From NCBI GenBank assembly GCA_030695905.1, contig JAUYOL010000036.1, positions 118,814 to 182,813 of the forward strand: a stretch of 64,000 nucleotides of DNA, written 5' to 3'. The stretch's first letter is position 1. The number at the start of each line of letters is the position of its first letter. This document shows, in pieces, positions 28,734 to 39,252 of the stretch. This DNA comes from Candidatus Omnitrophota bacterium. GTDB taxonomy: Bacteria; Omnitrophota; Gorgyraeia; 2-01-FULL-45-10. The notes below the pieces were generated by a model, which made no database searches, was not told the DNA's origin, and saw only the letters and a program-made list of their open reading frames with translations. The translations under genes and the position numbers were made by a program.

Positions 28734-29766
28734 GCTCCCATTTCAACTGCCTGTTCTTCTTAATGCAGCATTTCGCCTTTTTTCCGAGAAGCGCGCTTAA
28801 GTGCCCTGCTTTTATCTCGCCTGTTCCAGGGCGCTTAACCCAGATGTTTTCTTTAGTCAGTTTTTCTCCTGCATCGATATCACGTATCGCGACCACACAG
28901 GCATACGCAAAATCTATCGTTGGTTGTTCCTCTTTTAAAATAGTTTTGCTGCCACCTGATGCCGAATGTATTATACGGCTGCCTGTAATCAATTGTCTGA
29001 GTTCACCGGGATCCATAGAGATAGCTATATCCGGCCCCGGCCAATCTTTATCGGATGTAAAATGTCTTTCAAGGATACTGGCTCCCAAAGCTACGGCCGC
29101 TAAACACGGAAATATGGTAAATGAGTGGTCCGATAGCCCGAGCACAGCATTCGGAAAATGCTTTTTGAGTTCGGCCAGCGCGCCAAGCCTTATTTTGCCG
29201 GGAGGTGTGGGATACATGGATGTGCAATGTAAGAGAGCATACTGCACTTTATTCTGCTCCAGAATTTTCACGCTTTTTCTGATAGAATTGATATTGTTCA
29301 TGCCCGTACTTAATATCACGGGCTTCCCGAAACCGGCAATATATTCTACAAGCGGATAATTATTGCATTCTCCGGAGCCGATTTTATAAGCGCCTACCTT
29401 CATGCGCTTCAGACGATCGGCTGCTTCGCGCGAAAAAGGCGTAGACAGATAAATCATACCTTTTTTATCCGTATATGCTTTTAGTTCCTTATCCCCTTCT
29501 TCCGATAATGCGCACCTGACCATGATATTCCAGATCGATTCTTTTGCGTTAGCTGGCACCACGCCGTTATAGATCATTTCATCTTCTATTACATGCGCCT
29601 GAAATTTAACACATTCACAGCCTGCAGCCACCGCATCGTCGACCATTTTCCTGGCTTTAGCGACGCTGCCTTCGTGATTAATTCCGATCTCGGCTATCAC
29701 GAGCGGTGGGTAATCTTCTCCGATCCTGCGGCCCGCAATATTAATTTCCGGTTTTTTTGGTTTCAT
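28717..29766 (-). CDS. neuB: N-acetylneuraminate synthase
   Basis: IAEIGINHEGS, VKFQ, STPFS, KIGSGECNN, ILSTGM, LHCTS.YP, GLSDH, ERHFT, C-terminal SAF domain VKRPGTG. Confidence 0.94.
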   Translation of the reverse strand: MKPKKPEINIAGRRIGEDYPPLVIAEIGINHEGSVAKARKMVDDAVAAGCECVKFQAHVIEDEMIYNGVVPANAKESIWNIMVRCALSEEGDKELKAYTDKKGMIYLSTPFSREAADRLKRMKVGAYKIGSGECNNYPLVEYIAGFGKPVILSTGMNNINSIRKSVKILEQNKVQYALLHCTSMYPTPPGKIRLGALAELKKHFPNAVLGLSDHSFTIFPCLAAVALGASILERHFTSDKDWPGPDIAISMDPGELRQLITGSRIIHSASGGSKTILKEEQPTIDFAYACVVAIRDIDAGEKLTKENIWVKRPGTGEIKAGHLSALLGKKAKCCIKKNRQLKWEHVYEK

Positions 29767-31250
29767 GTATTTTTATTTCCCTGTTTTATTTTTTTAAATA
29801 CTTTTACGAGGCCTTTATAAAACATTTCGAATATTACGCAGCCACCCTGCATTAACCTGCGTATATCACAAACAGAACGTATCGTCCTGATATTTTCCCA
29901 CCATATCGCAGGGCTCAAATAATATTCAAGGTTCGCGCGCCTGTGCCAATAACGCATCTTATCAAGTCCAAAATTGGGGTTCACATATACGGGATTATCA
30001 AAATTCAACGAAAGATAATCGTGCCACTTGTCGACCTTGCGCAGCCCTCCGGTACGCTTACAGCTTTCATTTAATCCTGTCCCCGGATAGGGGACCGGCA
30101 GCCAGAATACCGATATCGGCGCTTTCATCTTTTTCGCGCATCTGATCGTGCGGCGGACCATGTCTTCGTTCTCATTCGGAAGGCAGATTATGAAATTATT
30201 CAGGCAGCGGAAACCGGCCTCGCGGACCCATCGAACACCGCGCATCTGCTCGTCTATAGTTATATTTTTATTCACAAAATCCAGCGTCTCCTGATTGCCC
30301 GATTCTACTCCTATGGCGATCTGTCTTCCGCCGGCTTTGTACATCATTTTAAGTAGCTCCGGGTCAACACAGTCGGCACGCGTATTACATGACCATAGTA
30401 GCCCCAGATCCGCCTCAACCATCTTTTTCATTAATTTCATCGTAAACTCACGGTTTATAGTAAAAGTGGAATCCTGGAAATATACACCGCGCGCCTTTTT
30501 CTCAAATTTTAAAATTTTCAATTCCTCTACAATGCGTTCCGGACTGTAAAAACGTATTTTTTTACCGAGAATTTTTGACGCGCCGCAATATGTGCAGCTA
30601 TATGGGCATCCCCTTTGCGTCATCACGGAATAATTCGGGAGCACCACATACTGCGTCATATGGGGCACGTAGCGTTTGAGGTCCAAGTCCGAATAAAAAC
30701 CTAACGGCAGGCTGTCAAGGTCCATGACAAACGGGCGCTGTTCGTTAATAATAATTTTTTCTCCTTCACGATATACCAATCCCGCTATCTTTGACCATTC
30801 ATTTCCTCCGGACAGTTCCGACAAAAATTCATCCATCGCATGTTCGCCTTCATGGCGTATGATAAAATCCAACTCCGGACACTGCTGCATGCTGAGTTCC
30901 GGTAGCATCGTTACATGAATATTGCCCATCACGACTTTTGAACTCGGCAGTGCTTCTTTAACGATTTTTGCCGTTTCGAACGCATAATCCGCGGTCGGAG
31001 TATATACAGATAATCCGACAACATCGTAAGATCTCTTCTTTAAGTATTGTTTCAATGAATCGGCGACAAAATCGCCGAACTGCATATCAATAAAATCAAC
31101 ATCGTGCTTCTTGCTCTTGAGCCAGGAATAAATCGAGATAACACCCATCGGCGGAAGATGGCCCTGCAAGGATGACACGTCTCCCCATGCCGCTTTAACA
31201 GGGCTTAATGGTTCAAGTAACAATGTCTTTAATTTTTGGCCGTTTTTCAT
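29763..31250 (-). CDS. Cobalamin-binding radical SAM protein
   Basis: PPMGVISI, GNIHVT, HEGE, TQRGCPYSCTYC, FQDSTF, GVESG, PYPGT; ATGA overlap with neuB. Confidence 0.92.
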   Translation of the reverse strand: MKNGQKLKTLLLEPLSPVKAAWGDVSSLQGHLPPMGVISIYSWLKSKKHDVDFIDMQFGDFVADSLKQYLKKRSYDVVGLSVYTPTADYAFETAKIVKEALPSSKVVMGNIHVTMLPELSMQQCPELDFIIRHEGEHAMDEFLSELSGGNEWSKIAGLVYREGEKIIINEQRPFVMDLDSLPLGFYSDLDLKRYVPHMTQYVVLPNYSVMTQRGCPYSCTYCGASKILGKKIRFYSPERIVEELKILKFEKKARGVYFQDSTFTINREFTMKLMKKMVEADLGLLWSCNTRADCVDPELLKMMYKAGGRQIAIGVESGNQETLDFVNKNITIDEQMRGVRWVREAGFRCLNNFIICLPNENEDMVRRTIRCAKKMKAPISVFWLPVPYPGTGLNESCKRTGGLRKVDKWHDYLSLNFDNPVYVNPNFGLDKMRYWHRRANLEYYLSPAIWWENIRTIRSVCDIRRLMQGGCVIFEMFYKGLVKVFKKIKQGNKNT

Positions 31251-31256
31251 ATTTAT

Positions 31257-33116
31257 CTATTTCCGGCCTGCCATTACAAATAGCTGAAAGCCCCATTTAG
31301 GCAGGCACAGATTAAATGCCGCATACGTGGCCGATGCCAGTATCTTCTGTGAAAAACTGTATTCTTTTCCAGAAAGAAAAGATTCACGTATTTTATCGGG
31401 ACGCAAATTAATCATGCGTTTATACAGATTAAAAAACGGGAAGCCCCACGCCTCGAGCCTGATCACATCAAGGCCTTCGTTCTTCAACGCATCCTCTATC
31501 TCTTTCGGTTTAAAATGCTTTTTATGCCCTACTCGCCTGTCGATTTCAAACATAGGGCCGCACGGAACAGTTATAAAAAGCCACTTGCCTGTCATTGATG
31601 CCAAACTTTTGACGGCGGCCCGGTAATCGTCGCAATGCTCTATGACTTCCATACATATCACGGCATCGAATTTGTCGCCAAGCGCTTCCTTATTGAGGTC
31701 TATCTTCGAAAAACTCATGCCCGGAAAATTAACACGGTTTGACGCTATGACAGCATCAGAGATATCAGCGCCCACCAGCCTGGCATCCGGCATTAAACGG
31801 TGCGCATCCAACAATAATTCTGCGTTTCCGCAGCCAACGTCAAGGATACTACCCGGCGATACCGAAGAAAGCCATGAAACGATCTTTTTTCTCCTCATGC
31901 GCGGCGCCGGAGAATGCTTGACCATGTCTCTCCACTCTTGCCATGCAAAATCATAAAACACCTCGGAGTTTTTCTGCCTTGAGCCCGCCGTTAAATTCAT
32001 CTTTGTTCTTTTCGCTGTCATGCTCCATGTCGTACCATAAGTATTTTCAAGTTTGTCGATAGATAATCCGGCCTGTTCGGCGAGTTTACGTACTTCGTCT
32101 CTACTAAAATGATATGAAACCGGCGCATACTTTATCAGGCTGAAACAGGATGACTTTATAAGCTTGAAATTGCTTTTTGACCATAACATCATATGGTCAA
32201 ATAACGGCAATTTTTTGCAGATGCGCTCGGGAAACAGGAAATTCACCGGCAAATAGAACAATTTGATCAATAGAAATATAAAAATAGCCGGAAAAATAGA
32301 AATAAATTTCCGGCCACCAAGCGGTATCTGACGAATTATGCCCTTCAGAGGCTCAACGACATGTGTCATAATGAAATTATTCTCATAGCTATAAACACAT
32401 ACCGCGACGGTTCCTCCCTGAACCAGAACATTCGCGAGAGCAAAAAAAGCTCCGCGCTTATCAATAACATGTTGCAGCGCATGGTCACATATTGAAATAT
32501 CGGCTATACCGCTACGTAACGGATTACACAATATATCACACCTGACCAGTAGAAGATCTATATTTTTATCTATGAGCTCTTTGACTCGGTAAATCTCATC
32601 GCCCGCTTCAGTCACTATAACCAGGCCGGGACTATTTTTTGATACATGATATGCTTCACGGCCGGTTCCGCCGCACCAGATAACGACTTTCCTGCCCCGG
32701 TACTCTTCAGGTTCTATCCGTATAAATTCCCTAAAGCTTGAAGGCCCGTTAAAATCGTCTTTTTCAAATTCACTTTTATCCCACTTTACGCCAACACCCC
32801 GCTGGTAACCAAGACCATTGGATGCCTTTTGTGTCAATAAAGATTCATCCAATAAACTACCGACGGTTTTCTTAAAAATAAAATTAATCGAATCACAAAT
32901 TATTTTTTCATGATCATTCAAAAAATGAGGAAGCAGTGAATTTTTAAAAAATATACCTATGCCGTCAATGACCGGATAGGACTCGCCACAACGCTCGCAT
33001 TGAAGAACCCCGTTTTCAATAAAGTCGCCGCTTGCATGTGAAATACGATTGTCAGCCAACTTAAGGGCGCCGCCGCATTCCATACATTCCAACATTGATA
33101 TATGTGAAAGCTTCAT
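31257..33116 (-). CDS. Fusion protein: Trm112-like Zn knuckle plus two class I methyltransferase domains
   Basis: N-terminal CMEC...CERC..YPVIDGI; first MT domain (WCGGTGRE, DHALQH); second MT domain (LDVGCGNA, FDAVICMEVIEH, TVP). Start moved to ATG at 33116 (ATGA overlap with asnB-like gene). Confidence 0.8.
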   Translation of the reverse strand: MKLSHISMLECMECGGALKLADNRISHASGDFIENGVLQCERCGESYPVIDGIGIFFKNSLLPHFLNDHEKIICDSINFIFKKTVGSLLDESLLTQKASNGLGYQRGVGVKWDKSEFEKDDFNGPSSFREFIRIEPEEYRGRKVVIWCGGTGREAYHVSKNSPGLVIVTEAGDEIYRVKELIDKNIDLLLVRCDILCNPLRSGIADISICDHALQHVIDKRGAFFALANVLVQGGTVAVCVYSYENNFIMTHVVEPLKGIIRQIPLGGRKFISIFPAIFIFLLIKLFYLPVNFLFPERICKKLPLFDHMMLWSKSNFKLIKSSCFSLIKYAPVSYHFSRDEVRKLAEQAGLSIDKLENTYGTTWSMTAKRTKMNLTAGSRQKNSEVFYDFAWQEWRDMVKHSPAPRMRRKKIVSWLSSVSPGSILDVGCGNAELLLDAHRLMPDARLVGADISDAVIASNRVNFPGMSFSKIDLNKEALGDKFDAVICMEVIEHCDDYRAAVKSLASMTGKWLFITVPCGPMFEIDRRVGHKKHFKPKEIEDALKNEGLDVIRLEAWGFPFFNLYKRMINLRPDKIRESFLSGKEYSFSQKILASATYAAFNLCLPKWGFQLFVMAGRK

Positions 33117-35002
33117 TTGCACCGCCTGTACTGCAGGCTCCAATTGATAAATTGGAGTATCCCTAAAAGCATGAACCCGGCGTTAACGGCCCCGTGCTTA
33201 TGCTCATCCCATAACTTGTTCACTTCGTCCCATTTTAGATACGGTACCGACGATTTAGCGCCGGAAAGATAATCCCCGAAAATATTGCTCATCGGCCCGG
33301 CTTCCCTGAACCATTTATCGACCGGAGGTAAAAACCCCGCCTTTGGCCTCGAAAATGATTCTTTAGGCGCCCTGTCCGCGATCGCCTCGCGAAGTATCCG
33401 CTTACCCCTGAGCCGATAACGTTTTGCCTCGTCCGGGAGGTTCAGGCAAAACTCCACCAGCTGCTTGTTTAGAAGAGGCACTCGCACCTCAAGGCCGTTG
33501 GCCATGCTCATCCTGTCCACTTTTGCCAAAATACTCGGAAGATGAAACTTAAGGTCGGCATGCTGGCGGGCGGTCAGATAAGACCTTTCGGACGGCACCT
33601 CTTTCATCAATTCGGCATATTCGCCCACCGGATCGAGTTTTTCCGCATCACGGAAGAAATCAGGATCATAAAGACGTTTTTTCATAGCCGGAGAAAAGAT
33701 GCGGCGAAACGTAGCGTGATCCCTTCCGCCGCATTCTTCCGAAGCATCTAAAAGGCGTTCTGCCGCCATTCTTGCGCCATAACGGCTGTTGTCCGACGGC
33801 AAATATCGCGATAAGGCCCTCATCGATCTTCTGATCATTCCGGGTAACATCCTCATACAAGGCGTGATCTCCCCGGCCATGTACGTATCATAGCCGGCAA
33901 GTAATTCATCGCCTCCGTCCCCGGCAAGAGCAACGGTTACTTTCGCGCGTGTAAACTTTGACAGCTGGTACACCGGAAAACAGGATGCGTCCGCGAGAAG
34001 TTCTTTCATAGCACCGAGCGTTTCGTTTATCGCATTTTCGGTCCACGCAAAAACCAATGATTCATTCGACACCTTAAGGTGCCTTGCATAATGTTCGGCG
34101 GCAGGTATCTCGCTGAACTTACGATCTCTAAATCCGAGAGTGAATGTCGCGGGTTGCTTTCCGGCCTCCACGGCAGACAGCGCTACGGCATACGAATCGA
34201 GCCCTCCCGAAAGAAAAAGTCCTAGCGGCGCGTCAGAAATGAGCTGCCGTTTTACTGCCGATAAAAGTAACTCATTGAAGCGGCCTGTTAATTTAGATGA
34301 CAGCGGCTCCGCACATGCACCGTATTCCGGCTTCCAATAACAGCTTAATTTCGGCTGTCCGTCGCTCACTGTCAACATGCACCCGGGCGGAAGTTGATAT
34401 ACACCCTTCAATCCCGATCTCGGCGCGGGCAGATAGTTGAATGTAAAATATACATCGAGATCCTGCGGATTATATTCAGGGCACGGGTTCAATGCGCCGA
34501 AAAGCGCCGGTAATTCCGAAGCAAAAAATACCTGGCCCTGATAATCCGTATAAAAAAGAGGTTTTACGCCGAAATGGTCGCGGACAAGAAAAAGCTTCTT
34601 GTCCTTTCTGTCAAACAGGGCAAAAGCAAAAATACCATCGATCTTTCCCAGGCATGCCCATCCCCACTCCTGCCAGGCCGCGAGCAGTACCTCCGTGTCT
34701 GAATTTGATACGAAACGGTGCCCCTTGGATTCGAGCTCCTTACGAATCTCCATAAAGTTATAGATCTCTCCGTTATAACTTATCACAAACCTTTTGTCCG
34801 GAGTAAACATGGGCTGATGTCCGGCCGAGGTCAGATCAAGCACGGACAAACGCGTGTGCCCCAGGAATAAACCCGGCTCCACGTGCATTCCCTTATCATC
34901 CGGCCCCCTGTACGAGAGACGGTCAACCATGGCTTCGAGGCCGTGCTGCGACCAGCTCCTCCGGCTGTCATTATAAGAATAGATCCCTGTGATTCCACAC
35001 AT
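33113..35002 (-). CDS. asnB: Asparagine synthase (glutamine-hydrolysing)-like amidotransferase
   Basis: MCGITG (Ntn Cys), RGPD, RLSVLDL, NGEIYN, SDTE, FLSGGLDS, GDGGDELLAGY, KVDRMSMANGLEVRVP. Confidence 0.9.
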   Translation of the reverse strand: MCGITGIYSYNDSRRSWSQHGLEAMVDRLSYRGPDDKGMHVEPGLFLGHTRLSVLDLTSAGHQPMFTPDKRFVISYNGEIYNFMEIRKELESKGHRFVSNSDTEVLLAAWQEWGWACLGKIDGIFAFALFDRKDKKLFLVRDHFGVKPLFYTDYQGQVFFASELPALFGALNPCPEYNPQDLDVYFTFNYLPAPRSGLKGVYQLPPGCMLTVSDGQPKLSCYWKPEYGACAEPLSSKLTGRFNELLLSAVKRQLISDAPLGLFLSGGLDSYAVALSAVEAGKQPATFTLGFRDRKFSEIPAAEHYARHLKVSNESLVFAWTENAINETLGAMKELLADASCFPVYQLSKFTRAKVTVALAGDGGDELLAGYDTYMAGEITPCMRMLPGMIRRSMRALSRYLPSDNSRYGARMAAERLLDASEECGGRDHATFRRIFSPAMKKRLYDPDFFRDAEKLDPVGEYAELMKEVPSERSYLTARQHADLKFHLPSILAKVDRMSMANGLEVRVPLLNKQLVEFCLNLPDEAKRYRLRGKRILREAIADRAPKESFSRPKAGFLPPVDKWFREAGPMSNIFGDYLSGAKSSVPYLKWDEVNKLWDEHKHGAVNAGFMLLGILQFINWSLQYRRCK

Positions 35003-35016
35003 AAATATGCCCTATA

Positions 35017-36864
35017 TTACTTTATGCCGCTGATTATCCTCTCATGGCTTGAAATGAAATATGAATATGCGACGCGAATCGTCGGAAAGATTGCCAACAG
35101 TATCAATACCGTTATGATCACGAAATGCGCCTTAAACCTTTTGGATACCAGATAGACAAATCCGGCACCGCCGACTAAATATAGCCAGAAAACAAACGGA
35201 TTCAGAAAACGATTGAGGTTCCAGTATGTGGTCCGTGTTGAGCCGACAAATAGAGTAGCGGATGCCATCACTAAAGCGGCAATAAAGAAACTGAATAAAA
35301 ATTTGCTTATTTCGGCATTGCTATTCATGTCTTTCCAAAATGTAGATTTTTTACCTGCCAGCAACATAAATATCGTGGCAGGCACGGCGAACTCCAAAAC
35401 GAGATACCCGAATCCGGTAAGATCCATCGATATTTTACGCACCGGGTACAGCCACAGCCCTATATCGTTTAAACTTCTGAAATAGACGGTCCCGTTAGAA
35501 ACCAGGTTCAGCGCACCCTTGCTCATAGATAAATAAAAGTATATAGGCAGTCCCAGAAGCAAGCCGATCGAAGTGCCGATAACTATATTTCTGATTTTCA
35601 ATTTCTGCCGGTCTATAAGTAAGTAGAAAAACAGAAACACTGTATATGTAAAAAGCAGATATTCTTCTCCGTTACCCACGGCCGCTATCATCAGCAATGA
35701 TGCCAATATCAGTAACGGCAAATCCTTAAACCTTGTAAATACTATGATCATGCTGAGTAAAAGCGCCGCATAACCCTTTACGCTATCAATATAAGTGGTG
35801 AGCCCCCAAGGCACATAAAGCGGAGACAGCCTTGATCTTAAATGCATCGTAAATATAGCCCATGATTTAAAATCCAGCGGGAAAAAATCCCTGATGTGGC
35901 CATGGCTGATAACAAGGTGTTTTAGGCCATTAAAATAAGTAAAGAGCTCCCCGAGCAGTGCAACAAATATCAAAGAGCCCAGCGCGTATGAATGTTTTTT
36001 GAATAGCATCTTTGAAAATATATACGTGCATATATACAACCCCGCATGCCCTATCAGCAACTCTAAATATACCGAGGCCCCGAGGTCTATATCAATAAGG
36101 CGGGCCCATGCGGGCGGCACTATGAGCGACACGATATGCGCGCCGCCGGATGAGTGGCCCGGAAGATTATCGAAAGATATGAAATCATTAGCCAACAATA
36201 ATCTGGCAAAATCAAAATAAGCGTCCGGCTGGCCGTGAGGATATTCGGCATTCAGGAAAAGTGCGTTATTGATAATCAACAGAAGTATCACTGAGATTAC
36301 CTGCAGCTCTTCTGATGACGGCCTCTCGCAGACAGCCCGCCATAAATCAGCGCCTTTTCTTCTATATAACACATAACAGCACGTGATAAACAATACCGAT
36401 ATCAGCAACGCGGTAAAAGCCCCTTTTGTCACGCCAAGCAATATTACTGTTGCAACGGCCAGTACGTTGAAAATAAGACTGCCTGTAATTATAGAAACCA
36501 ATATAGTAACGATGCTGCCCGAATGATCACCGGACAGACGGAGTGCCGGAAAATAACCTAACATGAAATAAAAAAACATCATGATCAGGAATTTATATGT
36601 ATCGTAAGCCTGGCATTTGGTATAAATCGAAATGAACATGATTGATACCGCTGCTACAAGAGCCGCAATTAACGGCAGGGCCCTGTTTCCCGGTTGAAGT
36701 AATCCTAATATTATTACCAAAACGGCAAATACTACCAGTGATAATAACGCCATAGAAGCTGCCGCCGTAAGGTTGTAAGATAAAAATAAGATTGCAAGGA
36801 TAATAAGGGCAGCCAGCAAATAGGCCAACACAAAAGGTTTGTATATAGAGGTATTATTGTTCAT
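35017..36864 (-). CDS. Polytopic membrane protein, possible GT-C fold glycosyltransferase
   Basis: More than 14 hydrophobic segments, acidic PDAYFD in an early loop, late NRF motif. Start moved to ATG at 36864 (ATGA overlap). Confidence 0.55.
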   Translation of the reverse strand: MNNNTSIYKPFVLAYLLAALIILAILFLSYNLTAAASMALLSLVVFAVLVIILGLLQPGNRALPLIAALVAAVSIMFISIYTKCQAYDTYKFLIMMFFYFMLGYFPALRLSGDHSGSIVTILVSIITGSLIFNVLAVATVILLGVTKGAFTALLISVLFITCCYVLYRRKGADLWRAVCERPSSEELQVISVILLLIINNALFLNAEYPHGQPDAYFDFARLLLANDFISFDNLPGHSSGGAHIVSLIVPPAWARLIDIDLGASVYLELLIGHAGLYICTYIFSKMLFKKHSYALGSLIFVALLGELFTYFNGLKHLVISHGHIRDFFPLDFKSWAIFTMHLRSRLSPLYVPWGLTTYIDSVKGYAALLLSMIIVFTRFKDLPLLILASLLMIAAVGNGEEYLLFTYTVFLFFYLLIDRQKLKIRNIVIGTSIGLLLGLPIYFYLSMSKGALNLVSNGTVYFRSLNDIGLWLYPVRKISMDLTGFGYLVLEFAVPATIFMLLAGKKSTFWKDMNSNAEISKFLFSFFIAALVMASATLFVGSTRTTYWNLNRFLNPFVFWLYLVGGAGFVYLVSKRFKAHFVIITVLILLAIFPTIRVAYSYFISSHERIISGIK

Positions 36865-37985
36865 TTCAAATCCAGGCTGGGCATCATCTTGAAGCATGGC
36901 ACCCTGTTCAGTAAAATATTAAAAGACGTATCCTGCGCCCAACAGATACAATTATTTTTATGCAAGCGGATCTCTTCGCGCTGACGGATCATTTCTGGGC
37001 TGTTCCATAGTTGCCGTATTGATAAATTATTGATATTCCCCATGCTTGGATAATTAATATTTGCGGTACAATGAAACACGTCGCCATTGGGCAATATCTG
37101 AAGCCGTAAAAACGGCGACCAGCACCTTACCTCCCTGGCGAGTTGTTCCTTATTGAACCAATAACGCGGTATAAGCCTGAAATAATCATTATTGAATTCG
37201 CTGTTCTTGCCGGTTAATCTATCAAAAATATTTTCTACATTTTTTTGTTCATCCGGCCTGAACATAAATTGCTCCATTGCCTCCGCCTCTTTATTATGCG
37301 GCCCATATATATAGCCGCCGACTATAGGCTGGAAACTCGTGACATCCGCGAGCGACTTCAGCCTCGCGTCTATACTGCCCAACCTATGGATATTACCTTT
37401 ATGGACAACTGTGGTGGACTTGATCAGCGGCCGCCTGCCTTTACGTTTTGACTTTATATATTTTATCGCGTTCTCCAGTTTCTCATATAAACCCGGCGAA
37501 TTCCTGATGCTATCATGCTCATCGGGTTTGTCGCTGTCGATACTGACAACTATATAATCCACCTTGTTTTTTATGATCTCGTCCGACTTTTCTCTTAGCA
37601 AAAGCCCGTTCGTGACAATATACACTATGACATTGCGCTCTTTGAGGATCTTGATCACATCAAAAAGATGCGGCCATAACAACACCTCTCCCCCGGTAAA
37701 CCCCACAGAATATGTTTTGGCGTCGATTATTTGGCGCGCTATCTCTTTGGCGCGCTCAGCGCCGACCTGTTCCGGAAACCGTTTTTTCAAACCGTGAGTC
37801 GAGCAAAATTTACAATACATGTTACAGTCATAAGTAACAAGCCATGTCACGAAAAGCGGGCCCCTTTTCGAAGGACGATTCAGTACCCTAGTCAAGACAA
37901 TACTGTAGACAAATGTTATGAAGGCCCTCGCCAGGCTCATGTTTACCGGTACGGGAAATATTCTTTTAAAATTCATTTTAACCAT
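36861..37985 (-). CDS. Radical SAM protein with SPASM/Twitch domain
   Basis: TYDCNMYCKFC, FTGGE, VTNG, VSIDS..HD.IR, CWSPF...PNGDVFHC...GN..CIC. Start placed at ATG 37985, overlapping the DegT stop. Confidence 0.9.
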   Translation of the reverse strand: MVKMNFKRIFPVPVNMSLARAFITFVYSIVLTRVLNRPSKRGPLFVTWLVTYDCNMYCKFCSTHGLKKRFPEQVGAERAKEIARQIIDAKTYSVGFTGGEVLLWPHLFDVIKILKERNVIVYIVTNGLLLREKSDEIIKNKVDYIVVSIDSDKPDEHDSIRNSPGLYEKLENAIKYIKSKRKGRRPLIKSTTVVHKGNIHRLGSIDARLKSLADVTSFQPIVGGYIYGPHNKEAEAMEQFMFRPDEQKNVENIFDRLTGKNSEFNNDYFRLIPRYWFNKEQLAREVRCWSPFLRLQILPNGDVFHCTANINYPSMGNINNLSIRQLWNSPEMIRQREEIRLHKNNCICWAQDTSFNILLNRVPCFKMMPSLDLK

Positions 37986-39234
37986 TATACTTCTCAATTG
38001 CCCCGACAATATAGTCCAGCTGGCCCTCACTCATACCATAATAGATGGGGACAAAAAGCGTCTGCTCCTTAACATGGGCCGCCGACATACATTCAAAACT
38101 ATATTGGCTGAACGCCTTCTCGGCGCATAAAAGGCTTAAGAGAATTTTAGAGCTGTCTATGCCGTATCCGGCAAGAAAACGTTTTAATTTATCCGTATCC
38201 TTAACAAGCAGCGGAAACAGCCAAAATGAATTTAAGGCATGCTCCGTTACGGGCGGAAGCAAAACATTCGAATGAGATCTTAAACTGCGGTATAAATAAA
38301 TACCGTGCCTTATACGTTCCTTCTCTCTGCCTTCCAGCGTTGTTAACTGGCTTAACCCCATTACCGCCTGCTGCCATGTAAATTTTACGAGAAAGTCTTC
38401 CGGCATCGATTCCCTCAACATGACGGTCTTATTCGTTTTCTGGTACAGGGAGAAATAATCTCCGAAAGGCATGGCCATGCGCATAAGAGGAAAAACAATG
38501 CGCTGAAACAGGGCCGGATTCACGGCTGCCTTGATAATAATATTTTTTATCGCTTCCAGTATAAGCGGTAATTTTTTGGCCCGTTGCAGCCTTAGACTCT
38601 CCTCCTTCAGCCTGTTCAACAGCGCGGTATCTTTCGACAATACCATCCCCCCTGACAGGGTGCAGACAGGCTTCAACAGGCTCAGGCTGAAGATAGCCGC
38701 CTGGCCAAAAACTCCGAGTGGGCGGCCACTATATTGAGAGCTTAACGCCTGAGAGCAATCCTCTATAAAAGGGACGCCGCGCCGTTTTGATATTTCCATG
38801 ACCTTATCCATATCCGTTGCGTATCCACACAAATGAGTGATCAATATGAGCGCGGTATTACTATTAACCTTTCTTTCAAGGTCGTCACAATCGATTGTAT
38901 AGGCATTTGGCAGGAGGTCTACTACCACCGGATTAAAACCCGCCAAACGTATCATATTGACAAAATCCGCTACATGTATAGCCGATATAATAACTTCTCC
39001 TCCGGCTTTAAGCCCCATGTTCTTCAGCAAAAAGTAGAAGGCCACGCGAGCTTTTGAAAAACACACTCCGGGAGGAAGATTGTATCGCAGGCCGAACCGG
39101 CTTTCAAATTCAGAGACCGATCCTTGCTGTTCAGGCCGCGGCTTAAATACAAGTAAATTTGCCAGGAACGAAATAATATCCTTTAAAGGAAGTGTCGGTC
39201 TAATCCTGGGTATCGAGCTCATGATTATATCCAC
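37978..39234 (-). CDS. DegT/DnrJ/EryC1/StrS family PLP enzyme (divergent)
   Basis: GGEVII, THLCG, IEDCSQA (PLP Asp), FSLSLLKPVCTLSGG (Lys retained, motif divergent). Confidence 0.82.
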   Translation of the reverse strand: MDIIMSSIPRIRPTLPLKDIISFLANLLVFKPRPEQQGSVSEFESRFGLRYNLPPGVCFSKARVAFYFLLKNMGLKAGGEVIISAIHVADFVNMIRLAGFNPVVVDLLPNAYTIDCDDLERKVNSNTALILITHLCGYATDMDKVMEISKRRGVPFIEDCSQALSSQYSGRPLGVFGQAAIFSLSLLKPVCTLSGGMVLSKDTALLNRLKEESLRLQRAKKLPLILEAIKNIIIKAAVNPALFQRIVFPLMRMAMPFGDYFSLYQKTNKTVMLRESMPEDFLVKFTWQQAVMGLSQLTTLEGREKERIRHGIYLYRSLRSHSNVLLPPVTEHALNSFWLFPLLVKDTDKLKRFLAGYGIDSSKILLSLLCAEKAFSQYSFECMSAAHVKEQTLFVPIYYGMSEGQLDYIVGAIEKYNG

Positions 39235-39252
39235 CGTTTCTTTTAAACGGCC

